DNA of 64,000 bases from an uncultured Chloracidobacterium sp. (GTDB taxonomy: Bacteria; Acidobacteriota; Blastocatellia; Pyrinomonadales; Pyrinomonadaceae), in contig CAZQGN010000013.1 in the NCBI GenBank assembly GCA_964592865.1, forward strand, positions 11,426-75,425. Reading direction: 5' to 3'. Each line of letters opens with the position of its first letter. Within the stretch, counting starts at the first letter, position 1. Position numbers and translations under genes: made by a program. Shown piece by piece: positions 18,698-29,892 of the stretch. The notes below the pieces were generated by a model. It did not search any database and was not told where the DNA came from. It saw nothing but the letters and a program-made list of their open reading frames with translations.

Positions 18698-19531
18698 TTA
18701 TTGTTTGGCGAGTTCGTGGGCGATCGCGGTCCGCGTTGCCCTGATCAGTTCCGGGATCCCGTCGGCTCCGAGGTCCGAGGTCTCGATCGGCGGCAGCAGC
18801 ACCATCTCGATCTCGCCGGCAAAGGCTACGCCGGTTCGTTTGCCCATCATCCAGTCGGTGTTTTTGATCGCCACGGGAATGATGGGCGAATTTGTCTGAA
18901 GCGCGAGGTGAAATGCCCCCTTCTTGAACGGAAGCAGTTCGCCGGGCATCGCCCGTGTCCCCTCGACAAAAACGCCGAAGGAACAACCGCCGGCCATCAC
19001 CTGCCGTGCCTTTTCCATCGACCTCATGGCTCGTTCGGGGTTCGAACGGTCGATGGCGATGATGTTCACAAAGTTCATTCCCTGACCGAAAACGGGCACC
19101 TTCAGCAATTCGCGTTTGGCGACCAGGCCCATCTTCCGCCCGGCGAAAAAGAACAGCGTCGCGGTGTCGAGGTATGAGCGGTGGTTTGAAACAAAAACAT
19201 AATTCCTGTCCGGGTCCAGTTGCTCGCCGCCGCGGACCGTGACCGTCGCTCCGCACGCCCTGAGCCAAGTCCGGGCGCCCCATGCGGTGAAGGGATACAG
19301 CCAAATGCGCCGGTTGATGATGAACAGAACTATCATCACCGGTGTCGCGATCAACAGGATCAATGTGCCGGCAACAAACCAACTCCACCAATATCTAATT
19401 TTCCCGGCAAGGCGCGATTTGTTAGACTCTTTGACGGGAAACGTCAATTTTTTATTTTCGATAATGGCCTTTTCGATCTCGCCGGAGATATTTTCGGGGG
19501 CAGATCTGTTTTCAGCCGGAGTTTCGGGCAT
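18698..19531 (-). CDS. plsC: 1-acyl-sn-glycerol-3-phosphate acyltransferase
   Basis: NHRSYLD (HX4D) and EGTR motifs, with an N-terminal TM segment. Confidence 0.85.
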   Translation of the reverse strand: MPETPAENRSAPENISGEIEKAIIENKKLTFPVKESNKSRLAGKIRYWWSWFVAGTLILLIATPVMIVLFIINRRIWLYPFTAWGARTWLRACGATVTVRGGEQLDPDRNYVFVSNHRSYLDTATLFFFAGRKMGLVAKRELLKVPVFGQGMNFVNIIAIDRSNPERAMRSMEKARQVMAGGCSFGVFVEGTRAMPGELLPFKKGAFHLALQTNSPIIPVAIKNTDWMMGKRTGVAFAGEIEMVLLPPIETSDLGADGIPELIRATRTAIAHELAKQ

Positions 19532-19555
19532 CGGTATATTTCCAATTCAAAAAGT

Positions 19556-21973
19556 ATGAAAATCTCGTTTGCAAGCTTTCGATCTTTGCGGATCAGCGGT
19601 CTGATTTTACTATTTTCGCTGGCTATTGTCGCTCAAGTACCGAGCCCGAGATCGGTTTTGGGCTTTGAACCGACCGATGACAAGACGATCGCCGACTGGG
19701 GCCAGATCGTCGATTATTTCGGAAAGCTCGGAGCTGCCAGCCCAAAGGTCGAGGTGCGCGAGATCGGAAAGACGACCAACGGTGCTCCGCTGATCGTCGC
19801 ATTCATATCGTCGCCGCAGAATATCCGCAATCTCGAAAAGTACCGGCAGATAAGCGCAAAACTCGCCGATCCGCGAACGATCAGGGACGAGGCCGAACTC
19901 GCCGGGCTGATCCGCGACGGCAAGTCGATCGTTTCGATATCGTGCTCGATCCACTCGACCGAGATCGTAGCGTCACAGATGTCGATGAATCTTGCGTATC
20001 AGCTTGCGACGGCAACCGACGCCGACACCAAGGAAATACTGGACAACACGATCCTCCTGCTCATACCATCGTCGAATCCGGACGGCATCAAGATCGTCGC
20101 TGACTGGTATCGAAAGACGCTCGGCACCAAAAGCGAGGGAACCACGCCGCCCGAGCTTTATCATCATTACGCCGGCCACGACAACAATCGCGACTGGTTT
20201 ATGCTTAACCTGGTCGAGACACAGGCGATCAACCGGCTTTTCTGGCAGCAGTGGTTCCCGCAGTTCGTTTACGATGTCCATCAGCAGGGACAAAATGCGT
20301 CGCGATTCATAATCCCGCCGTTTTACGACCCGCCGAACCCGCGAGTTTCGCCGTCGATACTGCGTGAGGTCGGGCTGATCGGCTATAAGATGGCGGCCGA
20401 CCTGCAGGCGAGCGGCGTGGCCGGCGTCGCCACAAACTCGACCTACGATACATGGTGGCACGGCGGATTTCGTTCGGCGCCGTACTATCACAATTCGATC
20501 GGAATTTTGTCGGAGGCGGCCAGTGCGAGCCTGATGTCGCCGGTGACGATAAAGCGCGAGGACCTCGCCCGCAACCGCAACACTCGGGGCCTGCCGAATC
20601 TTTTGGAAACCGCGACCAACTATCCCGAAACATGGGAAGGCGGCCTTTGGCGGCCCGCGGATATCGCGAACATCGAGATGATCGCTTCGCGCAGCCTGCT
20701 GCAGATGGCGGCAAAATTCCGGCCGCGATATCTGCGCAATTTTTATGATCACGGCAAGGCGAATCTGGTAAAAAAAGCCGACGAGCCGCTGGCATATATC
20801 GTCGCGGCCGGCCAGCCGAACGCCGAGGCGGTCGCACGGTTTATCGAGATACTGACGGAACAGGGCGTCGAGGTCCACGAGATGACCCGCGAACTGTGGG
20901 TCAAGATGACGCCGAAGGCCGATTTTCACGAAATGCCGCTCGGCGGCTATTTGATCTTCGTCAATCAACCGCAGAAGAACAACATTCTCAGCCTGTTCGA
21001 GAAACAGGTGTATCCAAACCGACTGCTGCCGAACGGCGAGGCGGAAGTGCCCTACGATGTCGCCGGGTGGACATTGCCGCTGCAGATGGGCGTCGAGTAC
21101 GAGCCGGCATGGGAGATACGCGACCTGGAAAAGGACAGGCCGTCGCTGAAACGCATCACGTACATCAACCAGGTGCGCGCCGCGTTGGGACTGAACCAGA
21201 CCGGCACACCGTTCAAGGGAGCCAAGTATCCGCTCAAGAGCGTTCCGAAGGTGGCACTTTACCGCGGATGGACGAGTTCGATGGACGAGGGCTGGACGCG
21301 GCTTTTGCTCGACACTTTCAGCATCGTTTACCGCCGCCTGTCCGACAGCGACGTGAGGGCCGGTAATTTTGTCTGTGAGCGGACTGTCGTACCCGGACCT
21401 GCGGTTGATTGCGATGCCGTGATACTGCCCGCCGATAATGAAAATACGATCGTCAGGGGACTGAGTGCTGAGCGTTACCCGGCCGAATTTGCCGGCGGGA
21501 TCGGCGAAGAAGGCCTCGCCAATCTCAAGAAATACGTTAACGACGGCGGCAAGCTCATTTGTTTTGACGATTCGTGCGATATGGTGATCAGGGCATTCGG
21601 ACTGCCGATAAAGAACGTGCTGAGCGGTCTCAAGCGAAGCGAGTTTTACAATCCCGGGTCGATCGTAAAGCTCGATGTCGATAATCAGAACAAACTTGGC
21701 AAGGGGCTCCGCGACGAGGTTGCCGCATACTTTTCAAACAGCGCGGCTTATGAGGTCGCGGCCGATGCGCCGGTCACGGTCGTTGCCAGATATGCGACAA
21801 AGAACGCCCTGTTGTCCGGCTGGATGCTCGGCGAAAAGTACCTGAACGATAAGGCGGCTCTGGTCGAGGCGCCGGTCGGAAAGGGTAAGATCATACTCTT
21901 CGCCTTTAGGCCGCAGCACCGCGGGCAGTCGTGGGCGACGTTCCCGTTCATTTTTAATGCCCTGGAAAAGTAA
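19556..21973 (+). CDS. M14-family zinc carboxypeptidase-like protein, secreted
   Basis: Signal peptide from the ATG at 19556. HSTE (HxxE) zinc motif with NPDG and HHYAGHDNNRD blocks. The N-terminal 112 aa of the longer track ORF is antisense to plsC. Confidence 0.8.
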   Translation: MKISFASFRSLRISGLILLFSLAIVAQVPSPRSVLGFEPTDDKTIADWGQIVDYFGKLGAASPKVEVREIGKTTNGAPLIVAFISSPQNIRNLEKYRQISAKLADPRTIRDEAELAGLIRDGKSIVSISCSIHSTEIVASQMSMNLAYQLATATDADTKEILDNTILLLIPSSNPDGIKIVADWYRKTLGTKSEGTTPPELYHHYAGHDNNRDWFMLNLVETQAINRLFWQQWFPQFVYDVHQQGQNASRFIIPPFYDPPNPRVSPSILREVGLIGYKMAADLQASGVAGVATNSTYDTWWHGGFRSAPYYHNSIGILSEAASASLMSPVTIKREDLARNRNTRGLPNLLETATNYPETWEGGLWRPADIANIEMIASRSLLQMAAKFRPRYLRNFYDHGKANLVKKADEPLAYIVAAGQPNAEAVARFIEILTEQGVEVHEMTRELWVKMTPKADFHEMPLGGYLIFVNQPQKNNILSLFEKQVYPNRLLPNGEAEVPYDVAGWTLPLQMGVEYEPAWEIRDLEKDRPSLKRITYINQVRAALGLNQTGTPFKGAKYPLKSVPKVALYRGWTSSMDEGWTRLLLDTFSIVYRRLSDSDVRAGNFVCERTVVPGPAVDCDAVILPADNENTIVRGLSAERYPAEFAGGIGEEGLANLKKYVNDGGKLICFDDSCDMVIRAFGLPIKNVLSGLKRSEFYNPGSIVKLDVDNQNKLGKGLRDEVAAYFSNSAAYEVAADAPVTVVARYATKNALLSGWMLGEKYLNDKAALVEAPVGKGKIILFAFRPQHRGQSWATFPFIFNALEK

Positions 21974-22007
21974 CCTTTCACTTTCCATGTTTTGGTAATA
22001 TTGCACT

Positions 22008-24335
22008 ATGAAGTTTTTGAGCAAGTCGCTATTGGTGGTGTGGACGGCGGTACTGGCGTCGAACGTTTTGGGCGCCGGCGAATACGAAGTATTTAAGTTG
22101 GCCGCCGAGCCGCTGATCCGAATCGGGCTTTCGACCAATGCGTCGTCGGTGTCGATCACCACGGGCGATTCGGCCCTGGTCGCGGTCAGCCCTGATGAGC
22201 AGAGCAAGCTTTTGGCGACTAATAAAATTACCGTCTCAGCGCGTGCCTACCGCCCGCCCGAGGTCGAGAATTATCGTATCGAATTTCAAAATCTGCCGAC
22301 GCAGACCGAGGCGACCACGCTCGCCAGAGAGATACGCGAGGCGACCGGCGAAACGGCGTTTGCGAGCCAGGATACCGCGACGAATACGTGGAAGGTCTGG
22401 GTCGGTGCCATCAAGGATTCGATCATCGAGGCGGACGAACTCAAGTCCAAACTGGCCGAAAAGGGATTTGACGACGCCGTGACGGTCACGGAAAGAAAGA
22501 CCGTGGTGTCGCCGGACGCGATCGCGCTTTCCGAGCAATTAAAGACACAGGGGCCGAGCGATGTCCGCAGTTTGATCAAGCCGACAGGTTCTTCGAACGC
22601 GATCGTGTCAGGCAGCGTCGATCCGAACCTCCGCGAGGTGATCGTCAACGCGCCGGTTGCCGAATCGAGTTTCAGATCGCTCAAATCGGTGGCTTTCGGA
22701 TCGCTGAATGAACGTGCCAATCCGGTTCGGCTCAACGGCAAGGCATATCGCGGCAAGATCGAGGTCTTCGTCAACGCGAAGGGCAGCCTGACCGTGGTCA
22801 ACGTCGTCCCGCTCGAGGAATATCTGCTCGGCGTCGTACCGAGCGAACTCGGGCTGCCGCAGCTCGAAGCTCAAAAGGCGCAGGCCGTCGCCGCCCGCAC
22901 CTACGCGGTCGCGAATATCGGCACCTTTGGCAAGCAGGGATTTGATATGGTCCCGACCGTTTCATCGCAGGTCTATAAGGGCGTGTCGATCGAGACCAAG
23001 ATGGGCACCCAGGCCGTGCGTGAGACCCGCGGGATGGTCGCGACATATCACGGTAAGCCGATAATGGCCTATTACACATCGACCTGCGGCGGCCGGACCG
23101 AAAGCAGCGAGAATATCTTTGACCACGCCGAGCCATATCTTGTCGGAGTGGAATGTTCACTCGAGGGCCGCAGGCATTTTGAACCGTTCATGATCAGGAC
23201 CAGCCGTGTGCCGTCAAAACTGCGCGATGAGGCAAACCTGGAACTTGTTCGGCTGATGTCGATATTGGCCGCCAACGGTTTTCAGCATTCGGGCGGCCAG
23301 ATGACCGACGAGTGGTTCGAAGACGTGCCGACCGAAAGCGAGTTGTCCAATTGGTTAAATAATCTGGCGGTCAAGTTCGGTAAGCCGAATCCGGCCGTGA
23401 ATCGCGATACCGCCAAACCGGCCGAACTCGCCAAGGTCATCGCGAGCCTCATTTACGCTCCCGGATATGCCGACACGATGCTGACCGAGTCGGATATTAA
23501 TTATAATCTGGCGATCGCCGACGCGGCCGAGGTGCCGCGTGAAAGACGTGCCGAGATCGCGTTGCTGCTCCGCGACGGCTATTTTTCGCTTAACGCCGAT
23601 CTGACATTTCGGCCGAATATGCCGCTTTCGCGGGCGAGAATGCTGAGACTTATCCGCAAGATCTTCGACAGGCGCAAATGGATGCCCGAAATGCAGTCGG
23701 CGACCGCCGGCACGAGCGTTGACGGCAAACTGATGCTCCGCAGCGGCAAGACAGATCGGCCGCTGGCGATCCGGCCCGACGTTTTCTTGTTTCGTGAATT
23801 TGGCGGCACCTTTTATCCCGTACGTGAGGTCGCATTGCTCGGCGGCGAAAAGCTGAATTATCAGCTGGACGCACTGGGAGCGGTCAAATACCTGGAGGTC
23901 GAACCGACCGAAACCCCGACCACCGCCGAACGTATGTCGCCCTGGACGCTGTGGAACAAATCAGCGTCCGCCGGCGAGGTTCAGTCGCGGCTGTCGCGGT
24001 ACGTTCGCGGCATCGGGACACTCTTTGACGTAAATATCAAAAAGGTCGGATACTCCCGCCGCCCGATCGAACTTGAGATCGTCGGGTCAAACGGTATCAA
24101 GACGCTCAAAGGCGGCAAGATCCGCTCGGCCCTGCGCCTGCCGGAACAGTTGTTCGTGATGAACAAACGTTATTCGGGCAGCACGGTCGCCAGCTATACA
24201 TTTACCGGCCGCGGTTGGGGCCACGGCGTCGGAATGTGCCAATTCGGGGCCTTTGGCCTGGCAAAAATGGGCGTCAAATACGACGAGATCATCAAGCATT
24301 ACTACACGGGCGTCGAAATTACGAAGTCGTACTGA
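22008..24335 (+). CDS. SpoIID/LytB domain protein with SPOR-like segment
   Basis: SpoIID blocks AVAARTYAV, QVYKG, TRG.V..YHGKPI.AYYTSTCGGRTE and GHGVGMCQFGA. Confidence 0.85.
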   Translation: MKFLSKSLLVVWTAVLASNVLGAGEYEVFKLAAEPLIRIGLSTNASSVSITTGDSALVAVSPDEQSKLLATNKITVSARAYRPPEVENYRIEFQNLPTQTEATTLAREIREATGETAFASQDTATNTWKVWVGAIKDSIIEADELKSKLAEKGFDDAVTVTERKTVVSPDAIALSEQLKTQGPSDVRSLIKPTGSSNAIVSGSVDPNLREVIVNAPVAESSFRSLKSVAFGSLNERANPVRLNGKAYRGKIEVFVNAKGSLTVVNVVPLEEYLLGVVPSELGLPQLEAQKAQAVAARTYAVANIGTFGKQGFDMVPTVSSQVYKGVSIETKMGTQAVRETRGMVATYHGKPIMAYYTSTCGGRTESSENIFDHAEPYLVGVECSLEGRRHFEPFMIRTSRVPSKLRDEANLELVRLMSILAANGFQHSGGQMTDEWFEDVPTESELSNWLNNLAVKFGKPNPAVNRDTAKPAELAKVIASLIYAPGYADTMLTESDINYNLAIADAAEVPRERRAEIALLLRDGYFSLNADLTFRPNMPLSRARMLRLIRKIFDRRKWMPEMQSATAGTSVDGKLMLRSGKTDRPLAIRPDVFLFREFGGTFYPVREVALLGGEKLNYQLDALGAVKYLEVEPTETPTTAERMSPWTLWNKSASAGEVQSRLSRYVRGIGTLFDVNIKKVGYSRRPIELEIVGSNGIKTLKGGKIRSALRLPEQLFVMNKRYSGSTVASYTFTGRGWGHGVGMCQFGAFGLAKMGVKYDEIIKHYYTGVEITKSY

Positions 24336-24508
24336 TCGCGTCGGCCGATCGTCCCGAATTCCTCTCCAGCCGAACCTCCCGCCGTATCAAGCGGAGCTTG
24401 CCGCAGGATCTTATCTCCCCCAAATATCAAGTGTCTATTACCGGACGTGACGATCCGATCCGTCACGCATGCGTTCCATATTACCGGCTTGTCCGCCGAG
24501 GATTTTCG

Positions 24509-24538
24509 TTGACATTTTTGCGTTAAAAAGTGTTTAAT
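24509..24538 (+). promoter_or_regulatory. Sigma70-like promoter candidate for the sensor diguanylate cyclase
   Basis: TTGACA (24509-24514), 18 nt, TTTAAT (24533-24538), about 50 bp upstream of the ATG. Confidence 0.4.
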
Positions 24539-24589
24539 ATTGTTGGCGTACTTGTACGCTCCTGCCTAAGCTGAACGATCCTCGGCGCA

Positions 24590-27586
24590 ATGGACCTATT
24601 TAACAAGATCATATCCGGCACAATACTATTTTTGTGCATCGCCGTCTGGTCACCGATCAGCGGCGAATACCGCTTTGATAATTGGACGACCGATAACGGC
24701 CTGCCGCAGAACGGGGTTCGCCAGATCACCCAGACCAAGGACGGCTATCTGTGGTTCACGACCTTCGACGGGCTGGTGAGGTTTGACGGCGTTCGGTTCA
24801 CCACATTTAACAAAAGCAATACCAAGGGCATCATCAACAACCGGTTTACCGGTATTTACGCCGATATCGACGGGGCGATCTACGCCACGACGATGGAGGA
24901 CGGCATCCTGACGATCTACCGCGACGGCGCGTTTACATCGCTCACGTCAGATGAGGTGCCGGGCCATTATATTGCTAAGATCCGGCGCGAACCGGGCGGC
25001 GAACTGCGGTTTTTGGTCGAGGACGAGGACCGCACCACCAAGAGTTGGTATCGGCTCGTCGGGCGGGCGTTCGAGTTTATCGAGCGGGAGGACGAGTCGG
25101 CCGAACCGCTGGTCGTCAACGGCAAACTCGGCAGTGTCTGGAGCGTCAATCAGAGCGGTGTGACCGAAACAAAGAACGGAGCCACTTTCTATACGCCTCT
25201 CGACCTGACTGGCTATAAGCTCAAGCCCAATCTTTTTGAGGACAATGCCGGGACCCTTTGGGTCGGCGAAAACCGCGTCCATCATATCCGCGGCGGCAGG
25301 ATCCGCACGTTTGACCAGAAGGACGGACTTGTCATCAATTCGATCTATCACTCGTTTTGGGAAGAACCTGACGGCAGCGTCTGGCTCGCGTCGGGCGGAG
25401 GTTCGAGTACGACCGTCGGCCTGGTGCAGATCAAGGACGACGCGGTCACGCTGTGGGGAAGCAGTTTTGGCCTGACCGCCATGTCGATCCAGGACATTTT
25501 CAACGATCGCGAAGGCACGACCTGGCTGGCGACCGACCACGGACTCTATCGGCGCCGAAACGCCGCGATCCGAAGCTACAGCAAGAAGGACGGGCTCGGC
25601 CATTCCGAGGTTTACCCGATCTATCGCACGCGGAGCGGCGACGTATGGATCGGGACGTCAAAGGGGATGAGCATCTATCGCGACGGCGTGTTCAAGCCGT
25701 ACGATATCCGGGCCGCCATTCCGGACGGGCCGAGGAACACGACGTGGGAATCGGGCCGAATGTCCATCCAGTCGATATTTGAAGACGATCAGGGAAAGAT
25801 GTGGGTCGGCATCAACGGCGGCATTTTTCTGGTCGAGAACGGCATCGCCAGGAACCTGATCACCGACTGCCACGTCTTTTCGATCAAGGGCGACCGCAGC
25901 GGCAATGTATGGGCGGCGACCAACAAAGGCATTTACCAGTTTAATGACTACAAGGTCACGAAACTCTACAACGTCAAGGACGGATTGCCGAACGAGTTCA
26001 TGACGCTCGTATTCGAGGATTCGAAGGGCTCGATGTGGTTCGGCGGTTACGGCGGCCTCAGCAAATTTGAGAATGGCCGGTTCACGAACTACACGACCAA
26101 GGAAGGCCTGACAGGCAATTATGTAAGGGCCATATACGAAGACAAGTCGGGTACATTCTGGATCGGGACGTACGACGAAGGAATGAGCCGTTTCAAGGAC
26201 GGCAAGTTCGTAAACTATAAGGAGACCGACGGCCTTTACAACAGCGGCGTCTTTGCGATCGAGGAGGACGCGGCCGGGTTCTTCTGGATCAGCTCAAATC
26301 GCGGCATCTATCGAGTCAACCGGACCGAACTGGACGATTTTGCCGCGGGCAGCATCAAGCGGATAAACAGCGTCGGCTACGGCAAAGAGGACGGAATGCT
26401 CTCGACCGAGTGCAACGGCGGGCGTCAACCGGCGAGTTTTCGCGCGGATGACGGTAAGTTCTGGTTTCCGACGCAGGATGGCATCGCGGTCGTCGACCCG
26501 CTTTCAGAAAGATCAAACCCGATGCCGCCGACGGTCGTGATCGAAGATATGTCGGTCGAGCGGTCGCCCGTCGATTTTCGCAACGGAATAAAGATCGAAG
26601 CCGGTAAAAAGGACATCGAGATCCGTTACACCGGCATCAGCCTGATCAAATCGGAACAGATCAAGTTTCAGTACAAACTCGACGGTTATGACGATGACTG
26701 GGTCGAGGCCGGTACGCGCCGGACGGCGTTCTACTCGTATCTGCCGCCGGGCAATTATACGTTTCGGGTCCGGGCGGCCAACAGTTACGGCGTTTGGAGC
26801 AGTAACGACGCTGAGATCGGCATCGAACTCGCCCCGTTCTTTTATCAAACGACACTCTTTTACCTGGTCGCCGCTCTGGTGGTCCTGCTTATCCTGCTGG
26901 TGATCTGGAAGATCAGCTTTTATCAGTTGGTCGATAAGGAGCGCAAGCTCAAAAAGCTGGTGGCTGAACGAACCGCCGAACTCGCCTGGGCCAACGAGCA
27001 TTTAGAGAGCCTTGCCAATTCCGACGGGCTGACCAAGATCGGCAATCGCCGCCGCTTTGAGAGCTTTTTGGCGGATGAATGGCATCGGGCGATCAGATTT
27101 CGCACCGAGATATCGCTGGCGTTGATCGACATCGATCACTTCAAGCTATTTAACGATACATATGGACATCAGGCGGGTGACGATTGCCTGCAGCGGGTGG
27201 CACAGGCCTTTGCCGATACGCTCAAGCGTCCGACCGACCTGGTCGCACGTTTCGGCGGCGAGGAATTTGCTCTGATATTGGGCGGGACCGACGCGGCCGG
27301 AGCACTTACGATCACCGAGGAAGCGGTTCGCAGCGTCGCGGCTCTGGGCATTCGCCACAGCGGGTCGAGTACGTCCGACATTCTTACGGTCAGCGTCGGA
27401 TTGGTCACGATGCGGCCTGTCATCGGAATGACCGAAGACCGCCTGATCAGCACCGCCGACCGGGCACTCTATCAAGCCAAGAAACGCGGCCGAGATCAGA
27501 TCGTCGTTATCGAAGACCTGTCCGCCGGCCCGGTCGCGGCCGGATTTCACCTGCCGGGCGACGGATACGATTCGCACGTCAACTAG
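24590..27586 (+). CDS. Periplasmic beta-propeller/Y_Y_Y sensor diguanylate cyclase (GGDEF)
   Basis: Repeated two-component-regulator propeller motifs (DG.LW..T..GL), a Y_Y_Y-type domain, one TM helix and a C-terminal GGDEF domain with RFGGEEF. Confidence 0.85.
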   Translation: MDLFNKIISGTILFLCIAVWSPISGEYRFDNWTTDNGLPQNGVRQITQTKDGYLWFTTFDGLVRFDGVRFTTFNKSNTKGIINNRFTGIYADIDGAIYATTMEDGILTIYRDGAFTSLTSDEVPGHYIAKIRREPGGELRFLVEDEDRTTKSWYRLVGRAFEFIEREDESAEPLVVNGKLGSVWSVNQSGVTETKNGATFYTPLDLTGYKLKPNLFEDNAGTLWVGENRVHHIRGGRIRTFDQKDGLVINSIYHSFWEEPDGSVWLASGGGSSTTVGLVQIKDDAVTLWGSSFGLTAMSIQDIFNDREGTTWLATDHGLYRRRNAAIRSYSKKDGLGHSEVYPIYRTRSGDVWIGTSKGMSIYRDGVFKPYDIRAAIPDGPRNTTWESGRMSIQSIFEDDQGKMWVGINGGIFLVENGIARNLITDCHVFSIKGDRSGNVWAATNKGIYQFNDYKVTKLYNVKDGLPNEFMTLVFEDSKGSMWFGGYGGLSKFENGRFTNYTTKEGLTGNYVRAIYEDKSGTFWIGTYDEGMSRFKDGKFVNYKETDGLYNSGVFAIEEDAAGFFWISSNRGIYRVNRTELDDFAAGSIKRINSVGYGKEDGMLSTECNGGRQPASFRADDGKFWFPTQDGIAVVDPLSERSNPMPPTVVIEDMSVERSPVDFRNGIKIEAGKKDIEIRYTGISLIKSEQIKFQYKLDGYDDDWVEAGTRRTAFYSYLPPGNYTFRVRAANSYGVWSSNDAEIGIELAPFFYQTTLFYLVAALVVLLILLVIWKISFYQLVDKERKLKKLVAERTAELAWANEHLESLANSDGLTKIGNRRRFESFLADEWHRAIRFRTEISLALIDIDHFKLFNDTYGHQAGDDCLQRVAQAFADTLKRPTDLVARFGGEEFALILGGTDAAGALTITEEAVRSVAALGIRHSGSSTSDILTVSVGLVTMRPVIGMTEDRLISTADRALYQAKKRGRDQIVVIEDLSAGPVAAGFHLPGDGYDSHVN

Positions 27587-27587
27587 G

Positions 27588-29750
27588 CTACCTTATTACC
27601 TCAAAATCGATCGACTCGGCGGCGAGCGTGCGCTTGCCCCGCAAACTGTCACGGATGATCACCTGAAAGATGTAATCTCCGGCCGGCAGAGCCTTGTCCA
27701 GCCCGAAAACACCGCTGACATTGATGTTCTTGGGGTCGAGTTTGCCCAGGGCGTTCGCCGGCAGTTCGGGTGAACGAGATATTTCGCGGCCGTCCTTGAA
27801 CAACCTTATCTGACTGGTCAATTGAGCCGTTTCGCCCTTAGCGGAATAGATCGCAAAGCCGAATCTGAGCATGCGCCCGGCCCTGAACTGACGAAGCGCG
27901 ATCTCACGCTGCTCGTCGGTCTGGACGATATTGGTGTCCGTTCCGGCCTGACGGTCGTAACTGAGGGCTATGCCCGAAAGCGAAAACGGCGATTTCTTGA
28001 GATTTGGGATCTGGATGAACTGGCTGACCGAACCGATCTTCTGCGACGCCTTATCCTGAATGACGATCTTCATCTGGTACGGGCCGGCGACCTTGATCGG
28101 GACATTCAACGAATAAACGAGCCCCTTGGTGCTGACCTCTTGATAGGCGTCGGCCTTGAGCGAGACGGTCTCTTCGCGGTCGACCGACTCCTTCACGACG
28201 CCGTTATCGTCAAAGATAAGGGCAAGAACGTTAAACTCGGCCTTGTACGAGCCGTCGGGCTGCACCGCAAAGTTGATATTTCCGCCCTTGATGTGGATAA
28301 AGGACCTCATCGCCGCACCTTTCTGATTTTGCAGGAACAGTGCATTCATCTTGAGGTCGAGTTCATTTTTGGCGAAGGGCGAATTCAGTTCGTCGGCCAT
28401 TCGCTGAAGGGCGCTTCGCGGACGGACCGGAGCCTTTGACGATTCGACGCCAAAAAAACCGCTGCGATAGCTGAGCTTAAGGTCGGGGCGTTTTAATTTG
28501 ATGCTGAGTTTGTTGAATTTTCGTGTCGCGGCGTCAAACGTCTCATCGTCCGGTTCATAGCCGATCAGGTAATAGCCGTTTTGTTTTTCGAGTACCTTTT
28601 CGATGCCCTTGTTGATGTCGTTTTGGCTGATGTAAGCGTCGCCGCCGGTTTCGTCGGCCAGAAACTTGAGCGCCTGCAGCGAATTTTCGTAATCGCGTTC
28701 GCGGGCCCGCAGCTTTGCGTCCATCGCGAACATATCGTCGCGGAGCCCGACCGCGTAGTCCGAGGCGTTCGCTCCGGGGGCGACCAGGCCGCGGGGATCG
28801 ATCGAATAGATAACGACGGATGAACGGTTTGCCGTCTCGGTCAGGTTGCGCAGAGCGCTGTCGATGCGCGGGTTGATGCCGCCGTCACGGTCAAACATCG
28901 AAAATCCCTCTGACATCAGGGCTACGGCCTTTCGGCCGGGCAACGCCGACATGCCGCGGATAACGTAACCGACGGCACCGAGCGTACCAACGGCAAAGCC
29001 GTCGGCACGGAAATCCTGAAACGCCTGATCAGCGGCGAGGTCCTCGGCAACTCCTAAAACCGGGCCGCCAGGGTCAAACTCGCTCGGAATTGAGATGACA
29101 GAATTGAATTCCTCCTTGTCGCTCGGCCGGATCGGGGCAAATGATGAAATGCCCGAGCGGCTGTTGGGGTTGAACTTTAGATTTTCGATCGCTGCGTACA
29201 GCACGCGCTTGTCCCATGTAAATTGCTGCAGTACGCCGATGCCGCCGCCGGTTCGGATGATCGCCACGAGGTCACCGGGCCGCATCTGCTGATCGACAAA
29301 TTTTTTCATCGCCGCCTTGACGAAAAACGTGCTTGAAAAAGACAGCCCGAGGTCGTCGATGACCATCGCGATCGTCCGCTTGATCTGGTCGGGACGGAGC
29401 GGTGTCGACGCGGTCGGCGGAGGCAGATTGTCGGTCCTTGAGCGCCCGGCGTCGCCGTCGCCGTCGTTTCCGCTCGGGCGAAGGTCAACGTACGAGAACT
29501 GCGAGATCGGCTGCTTGACCCCGTTTTCGTAAATCTCGAAATCATCGGCCGTCAGGCCCTTTACGACCTTTCCGCTCTTGTCCGTAACGGTCGCATCGAT
29601 CTGGATCAGGTTCGTCGAGATAACAACGACGTCTTCGGGTTTAACGGCCGGCGTCGGTGTCGGTGCGGGCAGCGGAACCGCCGACTGCGCCAGAGCAGCG
29701 GACGAAAATAGCACGAGGCCAAGGGGAACGGCGAGAAACAGCGACTTCAT
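27588..29750 (-). CDS. VWFA-related (acidobacterial-type, TIGR03436-like) secreted protein
   Basis: Signal peptide from MKSLFLAVPLGL. VWA-like core (IAMVIDDLGLSF..., DGGIN...) and a long beta-rich C-terminal region. Confidence 0.75.
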   Translation of the reverse strand: MKSLFLAVPLGLVLFSSAALAQSAVPLPAPTPTPAVKPEDVVVISTNLIQIDATVTDKSGKVVKGLTADDFEIYENGVKQPISQFSYVDLRPSGNDGDGDAGRSRTDNLPPPTASTPLRPDQIKRTIAMVIDDLGLSFSSTFFVKAAMKKFVDQQMRPGDLVAIIRTGGGIGVLQQFTWDKRVLYAAIENLKFNPNSRSGISSFAPIRPSDKEEFNSVISIPSEFDPGGPVLGVAEDLAADQAFQDFRADGFAVGTLGAVGYVIRGMSALPGRKAVALMSEGFSMFDRDGGINPRIDSALRNLTETANRSSVVIYSIDPRGLVAPGANASDYAVGLRDDMFAMDAKLRARERDYENSLQALKFLADETGGDAYISQNDINKGIEKVLEKQNGYYLIGYEPDDETFDAATRKFNKLSIKLKRPDLKLSYRSGFFGVESSKAPVRPRSALQRMADELNSPFAKNELDLKMNALFLQNQKGAAMRSFIHIKGGNINFAVQPDGSYKAEFNVLALIFDDNGVVKESVDREETVSLKADAYQEVSTKGLVYSLNVPIKVAGPYQMKIVIQDKASQKIGSVSQFIQIPNLKKSPFSLSGIALSYDRQAGTDTNIVQTDEQREIALRQFRAGRMLRFGFAIYSAKGETAQLTSQIRLFKDGREISRSPELPANALGKLDPKNINVSGVFGLDKALPAGDYIFQVIIRDSLRGKRTLAAESIDFEVIR

Positions 29751-29892
29751 AGATCTCTCCCAAATCAAAAGTTAACGGTATTTTGAATTACGAAATAATA
29801 ACACGGTGCCCCGACACGGCAAAGAGTTTTCTTGGCCCGCAGACAGCATCGCGATATCACACAGTGCGGCCGAACGGAGCCAAAAGACCGAT

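Noticed and set aside
19220-19555. N-terminal extensions suggested by the ORF track. They are 19220 for the M14 peptidase, 7602 for aroF, 29806 for the HinP1I-like gene, 40712 for miaA and 17777 for the LolA-like gene.
   Set aside because: The extensions overlap neighbouring genes on the other strand and are Arg/Pro-rich. They also precede an internal Met that starts either a canonical signal peptide or the family N-terminus, so the shorter starts were used.
24446-24467. Hairpin cgtgacg-atccgatc-cgtcacg downstream of the SpoIID-like gene, considered as a terminator.
   Set aside because: The stem is 7 bp with no following T-run, which is too weak to annotate.
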